64,000 nt of DNA, from the NCBI GenBank assembly GCA_963759515.1, contig CAVWZR010000004.1, forward strand, positions 54,674 to 118,673, given 5' to 3'. A program made the translations under genes and the position numbers. Source of the DNA: an uncultured Actinomycetota bacterium. Its GTDB lineage: Bacteria > Actinomycetota > Actinomycetes > Propionibacteriales > Nocardioidaceae. Positions 49,464 through 59,285 of the stretch are shown here, one piece after another; within the stretch, counting starts at the first letter, position 1; each line of letters opens with the position of its first letter. The notes beneath the pieces were generated by a model. That model was not told where the DNA came from and ran no database searches. It worked only from the letters and a program-made list of their open reading frames with translations.

Positions 49464-50312
49464 ATGTCCCACCACCCATCCGTTCTGCCCGACCTCGCCG
49501 CCCTCCGGCGCCTCCAGCCCGTCGCGGCGTCGCACGACGACGTACGCCGCTACTCGCGAGCGCGGCGCAACGTGCTGCCGCGGCTCGACCACGTGACCGC
49601 CGTCTCGGGCGCCTGGGCCCACGAGGCGGTGCTGCGCAGCCACGCGGTGATCGAGGTCGTGCTCTGGTGTCCCGGAGATCGGGCGTACCCCGAGCTCGAG
49701 GCGGCGGGAGCCGCGAGCGCAGCGCGCGCAGACCGGGCCTTCCGGATCTCCGAGCGCACCCTCGTCCGGATCCAGCCCGACGCACAGGCGCCCGCGCTGC
49801 TCTCGGTCGTGCGGCTCCCGAGGTGGGAGCCCCGTGCCGTGCTGACCGGCGACGCACGTCTCGTGCTCGTGGCCGACGGCATCGAGTACGCCGGCAACCT
49901 GGGCACGCTCGTCCGCACCGCGGACGCCTGCGCCGCGGACGCGCTCGTCCTCACCCGGGCTACGGCACGCGTCACCCACCCGAAGGCGTTCGCGGCCAGC
50001 CGCGGGACGGTGCTCACGACGCCCGTGCTCACCTTTCCGTCGATCCGGTCCGCCCGTTCCGGTCTCGCCGACGCCGGGTTCACGACGTACGTCGCGGACC
50101 CGGGCGGCGCCACGCCGTACCGGTCGGCGGGGCTCGGCAACGGCCGCACGGCGGTCGTGGTCGGGTCGGAGGGCACCGGAGTCAGCGACGAGTGGCGGGA
50201 GGGACTGCCCCGGGTGGCGATCCCGATGCTCGGCCGGGCCGACTCGCTGAACGTGGCGGCGTCGGCGGCCGTGCTGCTGTTCGAGGCCCGCGCGGCCCTC
50301 GACCAGGCCTGA
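49464..50312 (+). CDS. TrmH/SpoU-family RNA 2'-O-methyltransferase
   Basis: GNLGTLVRTADA, VVGSEGTG, IPMLGRADSLNVAASAAVLLFE; N-terminal substrate-binding domain. Confidence 0.92.
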   Translation: MSHHPSVLPDLAALRRLQPVAASHDDVRRYSRARRNVLPRLDHVTAVSGAWAHEAVLRSHAVIEVVLWCPGDRAYPELEAAGAASAARADRAFRISERTLVRIQPDAQAPALLSVVRLPRWEPRAVLTGDARLVLVADGIEYAGNLGTLVRTADACAADALVLTRATARVTHPKAFAASRGTVLTTPVLTFPSIRSARSGLADAGFTTYVADPGGATPYRSAGLGNGRTAVVVGSEGTGVSDEWREGLPRVAIPMLGRADSLNVAASAAVLLFEARAALDQA

Positions 50313-50380
50313 CGCCGCGACCGAACCGTGACCAGCCTCGGTTAGCGGAGCCCTCCTCCGCGCCGTACGCTGGGCCTGAC

Positions 50381-51562
50381 ATGGACGACGCGCTCGACAA
50401 GACCGTCTACCTCGATCACGCCGCGACCACCCCGATGCTCGCGGCCGCCGTCGAGGCGATGACCACACATCTGGGCGACGTCGGCAACCCTTCGTCGCTG
50501 CACGCGAGCGGCCGTGCCGCACGTCGGGTGGTGGAGGAGTCACGCGAGACGATCGCCCAGGCGCTGAACTGCCGGCCGGGCGAGGTCGTCTTCACGTCCG
50601 GTGGCACCGAGGCCGACAACCTGGCGTTGAAGGGCCTGTACTGGTCCCGCCACGACGCCGATCCGACCCGGGTGCGCATCCTCAGCTCGGCGATCGAGCA
50701 CCATGCCGTGCTCGACGCCCTCGACTGGCTGGCCGACGAGGAGCACGCCGAGGTCGAGCTGGTCCCGGTCGACAGCCGCGGTCGCCTCGACCTGGAGGCC
50801 CTCCGTGCCACCGTCGAGCGCGACCCCGCTTCGGTCGCCCTGGTCTCGGTGATGTGGGCCAACAACGAGGTCGGCACCATCGAGCCCATCGAGGACGTCG
50901 TGGCGCTGTGTGCGACGCACGGCATCCCGGTCCACACCGACGCCGTCCAGGCGGTCGGGGCCGTCCCGGTGGACTTCGCCGCGAGCGGTGTCGACGCGCT
51001 GACCCTGACCGGGCACAAGCTCGGTGGGCCGTACGGCGTCGGTGCACTGCTGCTCCGCCGCGAGCTCACCCTCACCCCGCTGCTGCACGGCGGCGGGCAG
51101 GAGCGCGACATCCGCAGCGGCACCCTCGACATGCCGGCCATCGCCGGCTTCGCCGCGGCCGTCGAGCACGCGGTCAAGGCCCAGCCCGAGTACGCCGAGC
51201 GGATGCTCGGGCTGCGTGACTCGCTGATCCGCCGGGTCATCGAGGTCGTGCCCGACGCCCACGTGCACGGCGACCTCGACGCCCGGCTGCCGGGCAACGC
51301 CCACCTCGGCTTCCCCGGCTGTGAGGGCGACTCGCTGCTGATGCTGCTCGACGCCCGCGGCATCGAGTGCTCCACCGGCTCCGCCTGCTCGGCCGGCGTG
51401 CCGCAGCCCTCCCATGTGCTGCTGGCGATGGGCTGCACCGAGGAGGGCGCACGCCACTCGCTGCGGTTCACCCTCGGCCGCACGTCGACCGAAGCCGATG
51501 TCGACGCCCTGGTCGAGGCGATCGGGCCGGCCGTCGAGCGCGCTCGAGGAGCCCGCGCCTGA
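50381..51562 (+). CDS. iscS: Cysteine desulfurase (IscS/NifS family)
   Basis: [34 protein letters not shown]; coupled to mnmA. Confidence 0.93.
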   Translation: MDDALDKTVYLDHAATTPMLAAAVEAMTTHLGDVGNPSSLHASGRAARRVVEESRETIAQALNCRPGEVVFTSGGTEADNLALKGLYWSRHDADPTRVRILSSAIEHHAVLDALDWLADEEHAEVELVPVDSRGRLDLEALRATVERDPASVALVSVMWANNEVGTIEPIEDVVALCATHGIPVHTDAVQAVGAVPVDFAASGVDALTLTGHKLGGPYGVGALLLRRELTLTPLLHGGGQERDIRSGTLDMPAIAGFAAAVEHAVKAQPEYAERMLGLRDSLIRRVIEVVPDAHVHGDLDARLPGNAHLGFPGCEGDSLLMLLDARGIECSTGSACSAGVPQPSHVLLAMGCTEEGARHSLRFTLGRTSTEADVDALVEAIGPAVERARGARA

Positions 51563-52668
51563 TGAGAGTGGTCGCCGCGATGTCCGGCGGCGTCGACTCG
51601 GCGGTGGCCGCCGCGCGCGCGCACGAGGCCGGGCACGACGTCACCGGGATCCATCTGGCGCTGTCGCGCAACCCCGCGTCGTACCGCTCCGGAGCCCGCG
51701 GCTGCTGCACGATCGAGGACGCCAACGACGCGCGCCGCGCCGCCGACGTGATCGGCATCCCGTTCTACGTCTGGGACCTCTCCGAGCGCTTCCACGAGGA
51801 CGTGGTCGAGGACTTCATGGACGAGTACGCCGCGGGCCGCACTCCCAACCCGTGCCTGCGCTGCAACGAGAAGATCAAGTTCGCCGCCGTGCTCGACCGT
51901 GCCCTCGCGCTCGGGTTCGACGCCGTCGCGACCGGCCACTACGCCCAGGTGCGCACGGCCGTGGACGGAACCGCGGAGCTGCACCGCGCGGTCGACGCCG
52001 GGAAGGACCAGTCCTACGTGCTCGGCGTGCTCACCCAGGAGCAGCTGGCGCACTCGCTGTTCCCGCTCGGCGACACGGCGAAGCCGCAGGTCCGCGCGGA
52101 AGCCGCGGCGCGCGGCCTGCTCGTCGCCGACAAGCCCGACTCCCACGACATCTGCTTCGTCTCCGACGGGGACAACGCCGGCTGGCTGCGCGAGAAGCTG
52201 GGGGAGCGGGCGCCCAACCACGACGGTGCGATCGTCGACGCGTCGAGCGGCGAGGAGCTCGGACGTCACGACGGCACGTTCGGGTTCACCATCGGCCAGC
52301 GCAAGGGGCTCCGGCTCGGGCGTCCGGCATCCGACGGGAAGCCGCGCTACGTCCTCGACATCGAGCCGGTGTCGGGCACGGTCACCGTCGGCCCGCGCGA
52401 CGCGTTGACGGTCGACCGGATCACCGCCGACCGGTCGCGGTGGTGCGGCCCCGCGCCCGAGTCGGAGCTCGACGGCACCGTTCAGCTCCGCGCGCACGGC
52501 GACGAGCACCGGGCCCGGGTGCAGGTGGTCGGCGACACCGTCGAGATCGACCTCGTGGATCCCGCCCAGGGGATCGCACCGGGACAGGCGGCCGTGATCT
52601 ACGACGGCTCGCGGGTCGTCGGATCGGCCACCATCGTCTCCACCGCGCGGGTGGGCGCGCCGGCGTGA
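51562..52668 (+). CDS. mnmA: tRNA 2-thiouridylase MnmA
   Basis: [35 protein letters not shown]. Confidence 0.97.
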   Translation: MRVVAAMSGGVDSAVAAARAHEAGHDVTGIHLALSRNPASYRSGARGCCTIEDANDARRAADVIGIPFYVWDLSERFHEDVVEDFMDEYAAGRTPNPCLRCNEKIKFAAVLDRALALGFDAVATGHYAQVRTAVDGTAELHRAVDAGKDQSYVLGVLTQEQLAHSLFPLGDTAKPQVRAEAAARGLLVADKPDSHDICFVSDGDNAGWLREKLGERAPNHDGAIVDASSGEELGRHDGTFGFTIGQRKGLRLGRPASDGKPRYVLDIEPVSGTVTVGPRDALTVDRITADRSRWCGPAPESELDGTVQLRAHGDEHRARVQVVGDTVEIDLVDPAQGIAPGQAAVIYDGSRVVGSATIVSTARVGAPA

Positions 52669-53660
52669 CGATCGCCACCGGCGTCGGGTCGTGGCCCGGC
52701 AGCACCGCTGAGGAGTACGCCGAAGCGGTGCGCCTCGTGATCGGTGAGGTGCCCGACCTGCCGTATCTCCCGGAGCTCCCCGGTCGCGGCGCGCACGCCG
52801 GCATGATCGGTCGCACGCTCGGCGTCATCGCCGACCTGGGCTTCGACCTGCAGCCGGCCGGTTGGCGGTTGACCGACGCCCCCGGCGTCGACCACCGGCG
52901 GGCTCGGTCGCTCCTGGCGCAGGACCTCGACCAGCTGGAGGAGCAGACGCAGGACTTCCACGGTGTGCTCAAGATCCAGGTCACCGGACCCTGGTCCCTC
53001 GCCGCAACCGTCGAGAAGCCGCGCGGCGACAAGGTGCTCGCCGACCACGGCGCCCGGCGTGAGCTCGCGCAGGCGCTCGCCGAGGGCCTGACCGGTCACC
53101 TGGCGGACGTGCGGCGGCGAGTGGATGCCGAGCGCGTGGTCGTCCAGGTGGACGAACCTGCGCTCGGTGCCGTGCTGGCCGGATCGATCCCGACCGCCTC
53201 CGGCTTCGGCAAGCATCGCGCGGTGCATCCGCCCGAAGCGTCCGAGGCGCTCACGTGGGTGTTCGAGAGCGCCGGGACCGAACCCTGGGTCCACTCCTGC
53301 GCGGCCGGTACGCCGTGGGCCCTGCTCCGGGGTGCAGGCGCCCGGGGTCTGAGCGGTGACCTGTCGGTGCTCTCCGCCGACGACCTGGACGCCTTCGCCG
53401 AGGCGCTCGACGCGGGGGAGCGGGTGGCGCTGGGCGTCGTACCGTCGATCGAGCCGGCGACCGATCCGCCGACGGAGAAGGCCGTCACCGAGCGCGTCCT
53501 CCGCGTCCTCGACATGCTCGGCCTGGACCCCGACGGGGTCTCCGACCTGCTGGTGCTGACGCCGACCTGTGGCCTCGCCGGAGCTACGCCGACATGGGCT
53601 CGCCGGGCGACGGATCTGTGCCGGGCGGCCGCACGGGAGCTCGGCGGTCCCGCGACGTAA
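52665..53660 (+). CDS. Cobalamin-independent methionine synthase II-like protein
   Basis: [33 protein letters not shown]; usual position after mnmA. Confidence 0.85.
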   Translation: MTIATGVGSWPGSTAEEYAEAVRLVIGEVPDLPYLPELPGRGAHAGMIGRTLGVIADLGFDLQPAGWRLTDAPGVDHRRARSLLAQDLDQLEEQTQDFHGVLKIQVTGPWSLAATVEKPRGDKVLADHGARRELAQALAEGLTGHLADVRRRVDAERVVVQVDEPALGAVLAGSIPTASGFGKHRAVHPPEASEALTWVFESAGTEPWVHSCAAGTPWALLRGAGARGLSGDLSVLSADDLDAFAEALDAGERVALGVVPSIEPATDPPTEKAVTERVLRVLDMLGLDPDGVSDLLVLTPTCGLAGATPTWARRATDLCRAAARELGGPAT

Positions 53661-53687
53661 CCCGTCCCGCGATTTCGGCGGACCCCC

Positions 53688-53717
53688 TTCCCAAGTCGGT
53701 CGTATACAACATACGTT
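53688..53717 (+). promoter_or_regulatory. Promoter with a GntR-type operator
   Basis: TTCCCA-N18-TACGTT with TCGTATACAA (53700-53709) in the spacer. Confidence 0.65.
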
Positions 53718-53753
53718 GGCAGAGGTCTTTCTCGGATCTCGGAGGCATCCCCC

Positions 53754-55373
53754 ATGTCGAAACCCCGCGCGGCGCTCGGTGCTGCCGCTCTTCTCCTCGC
53801 TGTCACCACGCTCGCGGCCTGCTCGTCGGTCGGATCGAGCTCACCCTCGTCCGACAGATCCGAGGACGTCGGCAGCGCCGCCGGTGACGTCAAGGACGGC
53901 GGCACCCTCACCATGGCCCTCTCGGCCGAGCCCGACTTCCTGGACCCGACGCTGGCGGGGTCGTTCTACAGCCGCTACGTGTTCAACGCGATGTGCGAGA
54001 AGCTCTACGACCTGAACTCCGAGGTCCGGATCGTGCCGCAGCTCGCGGCGTCGATGCCGACCACGTCCGACGGCGGCAAGACGGTCACCATCGAGCTCCG
54101 CACCGGCATCAAGTTCTCCGACGGCACCACGATGGACTCCGCCGCGGTCAAGACGTCGATCGAGCGCGACCTGAACGACCCGCAGAGCGCACGGGTCACC
54201 GAGCTCGGGCCGATCACGTCGATCGACACCCCGGACGCGAGCACGGTCGTCATCCACCTCAAGACGCCGTTCGCCCCGCTGACGGCGGCCCTGGCCGACC
54301 GCGCCGGCATGGTGATGAGCCCGACCCAGCTGGAGAAGATGGGCCAGAAGTTCGGGAACGACCCCTCGTGCGTCGGGCCCTTCAAGTTCTCCGACCGGGT
54401 GCCGCAGAACTCGATCACCCTGGTCAAGGACCCGAACTACTACGACGCCGACAAGGTCCACCTCGACAAGATCGTCTACCGGATCATCACCGACTCCGCG
54501 ATCCGCGCGGCCAACCTCAAGTCCGGCGACGTGCAGGTGGCCGACACGGTCGGCACCGACGACGTCTCGTCGATCAAGTCCGACAGCAGCCTCCAGATGC
54601 TGGAGTCGTCGTCGCTGGGCTACCAGGGCATCACGTTCAACATCGGGAACACCGACGGCGTGGGCAAGCCGCCGGTCCAGGTGGACGCGCCCTACGCCCA
54701 GGACCCACGGATCCGGCAGGCGTTCGAGTACGCGATCGACCGTGACGCGCTGGTGAAGACGGTCTTCGACGACCAGTTCGACACCGCGTGCGGACCTGTC
54801 TCGCCGGAGACCGAGTACTCCACGCCGGCCGTGCAGCAGTGCCGCTCCTACGACCCGGAGAAGGCCAAGCAGCTGCTGCAGGAAGCGGGCGTCTCGATCC
54901 CCTACAAGCTGGACATGCTCGTCACCAACACGCCGGCAACCCTGCAGCTCGCGCAGGCGCTGCAGGCGATGGTGAAGGAGGGCGGCTTCGAGCTCAAGCT
55001 GCAGCCACTGGAGTTCACGACCCTGCTCGAGCAGCAGGACGAGGGGAAGTTCCAGGTGCTCCAGCTCGGCTGGTCGGGCCGCGTCGACCCCGACGCCAAC
55101 ATCACCAACTTCATCGGCACCCAGGGCTCGCTCAACGTGGCCGGCTACAGCAACCCCAAGGTCGACCAGCTGCTCGCCCAGGCACGTCAGACCCAGGACG
55201 TCGCCGCCCGGGCCAAGCTGTACGGCCAGGTGCAGACCCAGACCGAGAAGGACGACCCGCTGATCTACCTCTATCGGCAGCGCAACCTGACCGGCGTCAG
55301 CAGAGACGTGTCCGGCGTCCAGGTCTACGCGGACGGCATCATCCGCGTGGCCTTCGCCGGCTACACCAAGTAG
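53754..55373 (+). CDS. ABC transporter substrate-binding lipoprotein (family 5, Opp/Dpp/Gsi-like)
   Basis: Lipobox LAAC, LRTGIKFSDG, GPFKF, RIRQAFEYAIDR. Confidence 0.93.
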   Translation: MSKPRAALGAAALLLAVTTLAACSSVGSSSPSSDRSEDVGSAAGDVKDGGTLTMALSAEPDFLDPTLAGSFYSRYVFNAMCEKLYDLNSEVRIVPQLAASMPTTSDGGKTVTIELRTGIKFSDGTTMDSAAVKTSIERDLNDPQSARVTELGPITSIDTPDASTVVIHLKTPFAPLTAALADRAGMVMSPTQLEKMGQKFGNDPSCVGPFKFSDRVPQNSITLVKDPNYYDADKVHLDKIVYRIITDSAIRAANLKSGDVQVADTVGTDDVSSIKSDSSLQMLESSSLGYQGITFNIGNTDGVGKPPVQVDAPYAQDPRIRQAFEYAIDRDALVKTVFDDQFDTACGPVSPETEYSTPAVQQCRSYDPEKAKQLLQEAGVSIPYKLDMLVTNTPATLQLAQALQAMVKEGGFELKLQPLEFTTLLEQQDEGKFQVLQLGWSGRVDPDANITNFIGTQGSLNVAGYSNPKVDQLLAQARQTQDVAARAKLYGQVQTQTEKDDPLIYLYRQRNLTGVSRDVSGVQVYADGIIRVAFAGYTK

Positions 55374-55389
55374 CTGTCGGGACCACTGG

Positions 55390-56346
55390 ATGCGCCGCTA
55401 CCTGCTGCGCCGGCTGGGGCAGTCCGTGGTGACGCTCGTGCTGTCGACGATGGTCGTCTTCGCCGGCGTACGAGCGCTCCCGGGCGACCCGGCCCGCGCC
55501 CTGGCCGGCGAGCAGAACGACCCGGCCCAGATCGCGGCGATCCGGGCGGAGTACGGACTGGACGACCCGGTCTGGGTGCAGTACTGGCACTACCTGTCGC
55601 ACAGCCTGCGCGGTGACCTCGGGACGTCGGTCCGCACCGGCATCCCGGTCAGCGACATGCTCAAGAGCGCGCTGCCGGTCACCGCGGAGCTGTCGCTGCT
55701 GGCGATGCTGGTGGCGGCCGTGATCGGCGTGCTGGCCGGCGTGATCGCCGCCACCCGCCGGGGCACGGTCGCGGAGTGGGTCGCCAACGGGTTCGCGCTC
55801 CTGGGTCTGTCGGTCCCCAACTTCTGGCTCGGCCTGATGACGATCCTGTGGCTCGCGGTGTCGCTGGAGATGCTGCCCGCGTCCGGGTACGTCCCCTTCC
55901 GGGAGAACCCGGGGCAGAACCTCCAGCACATGATCCTGCCCGGGCTCGTGCTCGGCACCCAGCTGGCCGCGGTGATCATGCGGCAGACCCGTTCGTCGAT
56001 GCTGGACGCACTCGAGACCGACTACATCCGTACGGCGCGCGCCAAGGGGCTCCGCGAGCGGACGGTCGTCTGGGTGCACGGTCTGCGCAACAGCCTGATC
56101 GTCGTGGTCACGATCGTCGGCCTGCAGCTGGGAGCCCTGATCTCCGGGGCCGTGGTGACCGAGCGGATCTTCGCACTGCCCGGCTTCGGGAAGCTCACCG
56201 TGGATGCGGTGTTCCAGCGCGACTATCCGGTGATCCAGGCGGTGGTGCTGGTGACGGCGACGGCGTACATCCTGATCAACCTGCTCGTGGATCTCCTCTA
56301 CTCCTTGATCGACCCACGCATCCGAGTCGCGGGGGAGCCGGCATGA
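55390..56346 (+). CDS. ABC peptide transporter permease (DppB-like)
   Basis: LPGDPA, DYIRTARAKGL, RDYPVIQ. Confidence 0.93.
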   Translation: MRRYLLRRLGQSVVTLVLSTMVVFAGVRALPGDPARALAGEQNDPAQIAAIRAEYGLDDPVWVQYWHYLSHSLRGDLGTSVRTGIPVSDMLKSALPVTAELSLLAMLVAAVIGVLAGVIAATRRGTVAEWVANGFALLGLSVPNFWLGLMTILWLAVSLEMLPASGYVPFRENPGQNLQHMILPGLVLGTQLAAVIMRQTRSSMLDALETDYIRTARAKGLRERTVVWVHGLRNSLIVVVTIVGLQLGALISGAVVTERIFALPGFGKLTVDAVFQRDYPVIQAVVLVTATAYILINLLVDLLYSLIDPRIRVAGEPA

Positions 56347-57236
56347 GCGTCTCCGAGACCGTCGCGGTCGAGGGAGTCGGCGACCCCGGTGACCGCCCTC
56401 GCCGCGGACGGCTCTTCCGGCGGCTGCGGCGCAGCCCCTTGGCGTTGATCGGGTTCAGCGTGCTCTGCCTGGCCGTGCTGGCCGCTCTGCTGGCACCGCT
56501 CCTCGCGCCGTACAGTCCCGATCACGCCGACTTCGAGGCGGTCTTCCAGCCGCCGGGATCTCCCGGCCACCTGCTCGGCACCGACTCGCTGGGTCGCGAC
56601 ATCCTCTCCCGGATCCTGTACGGCGCTCGGGCGTCGCTGCTCGTCGGCGTGCTGTCGGTGGTGCTCGCGCTCGCGATCGGGGTCCCGCTGGGGCTGATCG
56701 CCGGCTACTTCTCCGCGCTCGACGCGGTCGTCTCACGGCTGACCGACCTGGTGCTGGCGTTCCCGTTCCTGATCCTCGCGGTCGGCCTGGCCGCCATCCG
56801 CGGAGCCTCGCTGTCGAACGCCGCGCTGGCGATCGGGATCTCCCAGATCCCCGGCATCATCCGCGTCACCCGGTCCGAGACCCTGCGGCTGAAGTCGCTG
56901 GACTACGTCGCCGCTGCCGTCGCCGAGGGGGCGACGGACCTCTGGGTGATCGTGCGCCACATCCTCCCGAACGCGACCAGCGTGCTGATCGTGCAGGCGA
57001 CCGTCGCCATCCCGGCGGCGATCCTCGGCGAAGCCGTCCTGTCCTTCCTCGGGCTCGGCATCCAGCCCCCGTCACCGAGCCTCGGCACCATGCTCTCCGA
57101 GGCCCAGCAGTCCATCTCGCGAGCGCCGTGGACGGCGGTCATCCCCGGCCTCGCGATCATGGTGCTCACCTTGGCGTTCAACCTGTTCGGTGACGGCCTG
57201 CGCGACGCCCTCGACCCCCGGGGGAGCCGTCGATGA
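56343..57236 (+). CDS. ABC peptide transporter permease (DppC-like)
   Basis: LGTDSLGRDILSR, RHILPN, LSFLGLG, GDGLRDALDP. Confidence 0.93.
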   Translation: MSVSETVAVEGVGDPGDRPRRGRLFRRLRRSPLALIGFSVLCLAVLAALLAPLLAPYSPDHADFEAVFQPPGSPGHLLGTDSLGRDILSRILYGARASLLVGVLSVVLALAIGVPLGLIAGYFSALDAVVSRLTDLVLAFPFLILAVGLAAIRGASLSNAALAIGISQIPGIIRVTRSETLRLKSLDYVAAAVAEGATDLWVIVRHILPNATSVLIVQATVAIPAAILGEAVLSFLGLGIQPPSPSLGTMLSEAQQSISRAPWTAVIPGLAIMVLTLAFNLFGDGLRDALDPRGSRR

Positions 57237-58267
57237 CCATCACGACGAGCGACGTCGACCCCTGGCAGCCGGGCGGCGACGGGCCGGCGCTGCTGTCCGT
57301 GCGTGACCTCGGTGTGTCGTTCCGCACCGAGGACGGTCGCGTGCAGGCGGTCGACAAGGTCTCGTTCGAGGCCCGGGCCGGCGAGCTGCTCGCCGTCGTC
57401 GGTGAGTCGGGCTGCGGCAAGAGCGTGATGGCGATGGCGCTGTCGGGCCTGCTGCCGCCCAACGCGACGGTGACCGGGAGCGTCGAGCTCGCCGGGCAGC
57501 AGCTCGTGGGCGCCTCGGGAGCCGATCTCCGACGAGTCCGCGGCTCGCGGATCGCCTACATCTTCCAGGAGCCGATGACGTCGCTGAACCCGGTGTTCAC
57601 CGTGGGCCGGCAGGTCGCGGAGGTGCTGCGCGTCCACCTCGGCATGGACCGGCGCCGGGCGATGGACCGCGCCGCCGAGCTCCTCGACCTCGTCGGCATC
57701 GCCAACCCCCGCGAGCGACTCAAGCAGTACCCCCACCAGCTGTCCGGCGGTCTCCGGCAGCGGGTGATGATCGCGATGGCCGTCGCCGCCGATCCGGAGG
57801 TCCTCGTGGCCGACGAGCCGACCACCGCTCTCGACGTCACGGTGCAGGCAGGCATCCTCGACGTGCTGCGCGACCTGCGTGACCGGATCGGCGCGGCCGT
57901 GGTGCTCATCACCCACGATCTCGGGGTCGTCGCCGACGTCGCCGACCGCGTCCTGGTGATGTACGCCGGACGCGTCGTCGAGCGCGGCGAGATCCACGAG
58001 CTCTTCGCGCGGCCGCGCCACCACTACACGGTGGGTCTCCTGGGTGCCGTGCCCACGGCGCGCATCGACGGCGCCGAGCAGCGCCTGCGTGAGATCCCCG
58101 GCCTGGTCCCGCAGCTGGAGGAGCCCGAGCCGCGGTGCACGTTCGCCGACCGCTGCCCCGCTGCCGACGAGCTCTGTCACACGGAGCAGCCGCCGTTGGC
58201 CGTCGCGCCCGAGAGCAGTCACGAGGCCGCGTGCTGGCACCCCGCGGGCGTGGAGGAGTCGTCATGA
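57233..58267 (+). CDS. ABC peptide transporter ATP-binding protein (DppD-like)
   Basis: GESGCGKS, LSGG, ADEPTTALD, C-terminal Cys domain. Confidence 0.94.
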   Translation: MTITTSDVDPWQPGGDGPALLSVRDLGVSFRTEDGRVQAVDKVSFEARAGELLAVVGESGCGKSVMAMALSGLLPPNATVTGSVELAGQQLVGASGADLRRVRGSRIAYIFQEPMTSLNPVFTVGRQVAEVLRVHLGMDRRRAMDRAAELLDLVGIANPRERLKQYPHQLSGGLRQRVMIAMAVAADPEVLVADEPTTALDVTVQAGILDVLRDLRDRIGAAVVLITHDLGVVADVADRVLVMYAGRVVERGEIHELFARPRHHYTVGLLGAVPTARIDGAEQRLREIPGLVPQLEEPEPRCTFADRCPAADELCHTEQPPLAVAPESSHEAACWHPAGVEESS

Positions 58268-59280
58268 CCGAGGTGTGCGAGATCGTCGACCTGGTGAAGC
58301 ACTTCGGTCCGGTGCACGCCGTCGACGGGATGTCGTTCGCGGTCGGGCAGGGCGAGGTGGTGGCGCTGGTCGGAGAGAGCGGCTCGGGCAAGTCCACGGT
58401 CGGCCGGCTCGTCGTACGCCTGCTCGAGCCGACGTCCGGCACGGTCCGTCTCGACGGGGTCGACGTCAGCTCGCTCTCGCGACGAGCCCTGCGGCCACAC
58501 CGGCATGCCGTGTCCATCGTGTTCCAGGACCCCGCCAGCTCGCTCGACCCGAGGATGTCGGTGCGCGACATCGTGGGCGAGCCGCTGCGGCTGCACGGCG
58601 TCCCGCGCTCGGAGCGCTCGGCCGAGGTACGCCGGGTGCTCGAGCAGGTCGGGATGCGCCCCGGCGTGGCGGAGCGCTACCCGCACGAGCTGTCCGGTGG
58701 TCAGCGTCAGCGGGTGAGCATCGCGCGCGCGTTGGTCTCGAAGCCTCGCCTGCTGGTCGCCGACGAGCCGACCAGCGCCCTCGACGTGTCGGTCCAGGCG
58801 AGCGTCCTCAACCTGCTCGCGGACCTGCAGCGAGACCTCGGCTTCGCGTGCCTCTTCATCACTCACGACCTGGCCGCCGTGGAGTATCTCGCCGATCGCG
58901 TGGTCGTGATGTACCTCGGCATGATCGCCGAGGTCGGCAGCCGCGAGCGGATCTTCACCGGGCCCCGGCACCCCTACACGCAGGCACTCCTGTCCGCCGC
59001 CCCGGTGCCCGATCCGGACGCCCAGAGACGTCGTACCCGCGTGGTGCTCTCCGGTGAGCTGCCGAGCCAGCTCGACCCACCATCCGGATGCCGCTTCCAC
59101 ACGCGGTGCCCCTTGGCGGAGGATCGGTGTCGGACCGAGGTCCCGGCTCTGCGCGAGATGCCCGGTGGAGGCGCCGTCGCCTGCCACCTGGTGGACGACA
59201 GCGGGACGGGACCCGACGTCCGCGACACCGCCGACCCAGGCCCCGCTGATCGGTACCGAACGGAGAGCACCACCCGTTGA
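58264..59280 (+). CDS. ABC peptide transporter ATP-binding protein (DppF-like)
   Basis: GESGSGKS, LSGGQRQR, DEPTSALD, GCRFHTRCP. Confidence 0.94.
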   Translation: MTEVCEIVDLVKHFGPVHAVDGMSFAVGQGEVVALVGESGSGKSTVGRLVVRLLEPTSGTVRLDGVDVSSLSRRALRPHRHAVSIVFQDPASSLDPRMSVRDIVGEPLRLHGVPRSERSAEVRRVLEQVGMRPGVAERYPHELSGGQRQRVSIARALVSKPRLLVADEPTSALDVSVQASVLNLLADLQRDLGFACLFITHDLAAVEYLADRVVVMYLGMIAEVGSRERIFTGPRHPYTQALLSAAPVPDPDAQRRRTRVVLSGELPSQLDPPSGCRFHTRCPLAEDRCRTEVPALREMPGGGAVACHLVDDSGTGPDVRDTADPGPADRYRTESTTR

Positions 59281-59285
59281 ACACG

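Noticed and set aside
45969-53660. proA not following proB, ligA not following the MetE-like gene, valS not preceding folC
   Set aside because: Explained by common rearrangements or insertions; gene loss cannot be inferred from one window.
53647-53672. 9-bp direct repeat gtcccgcga at the boundary of the ABC module
   Set aside because: The copies are only 8 nt apart and do not flank an element, so this is not a target-site duplication.
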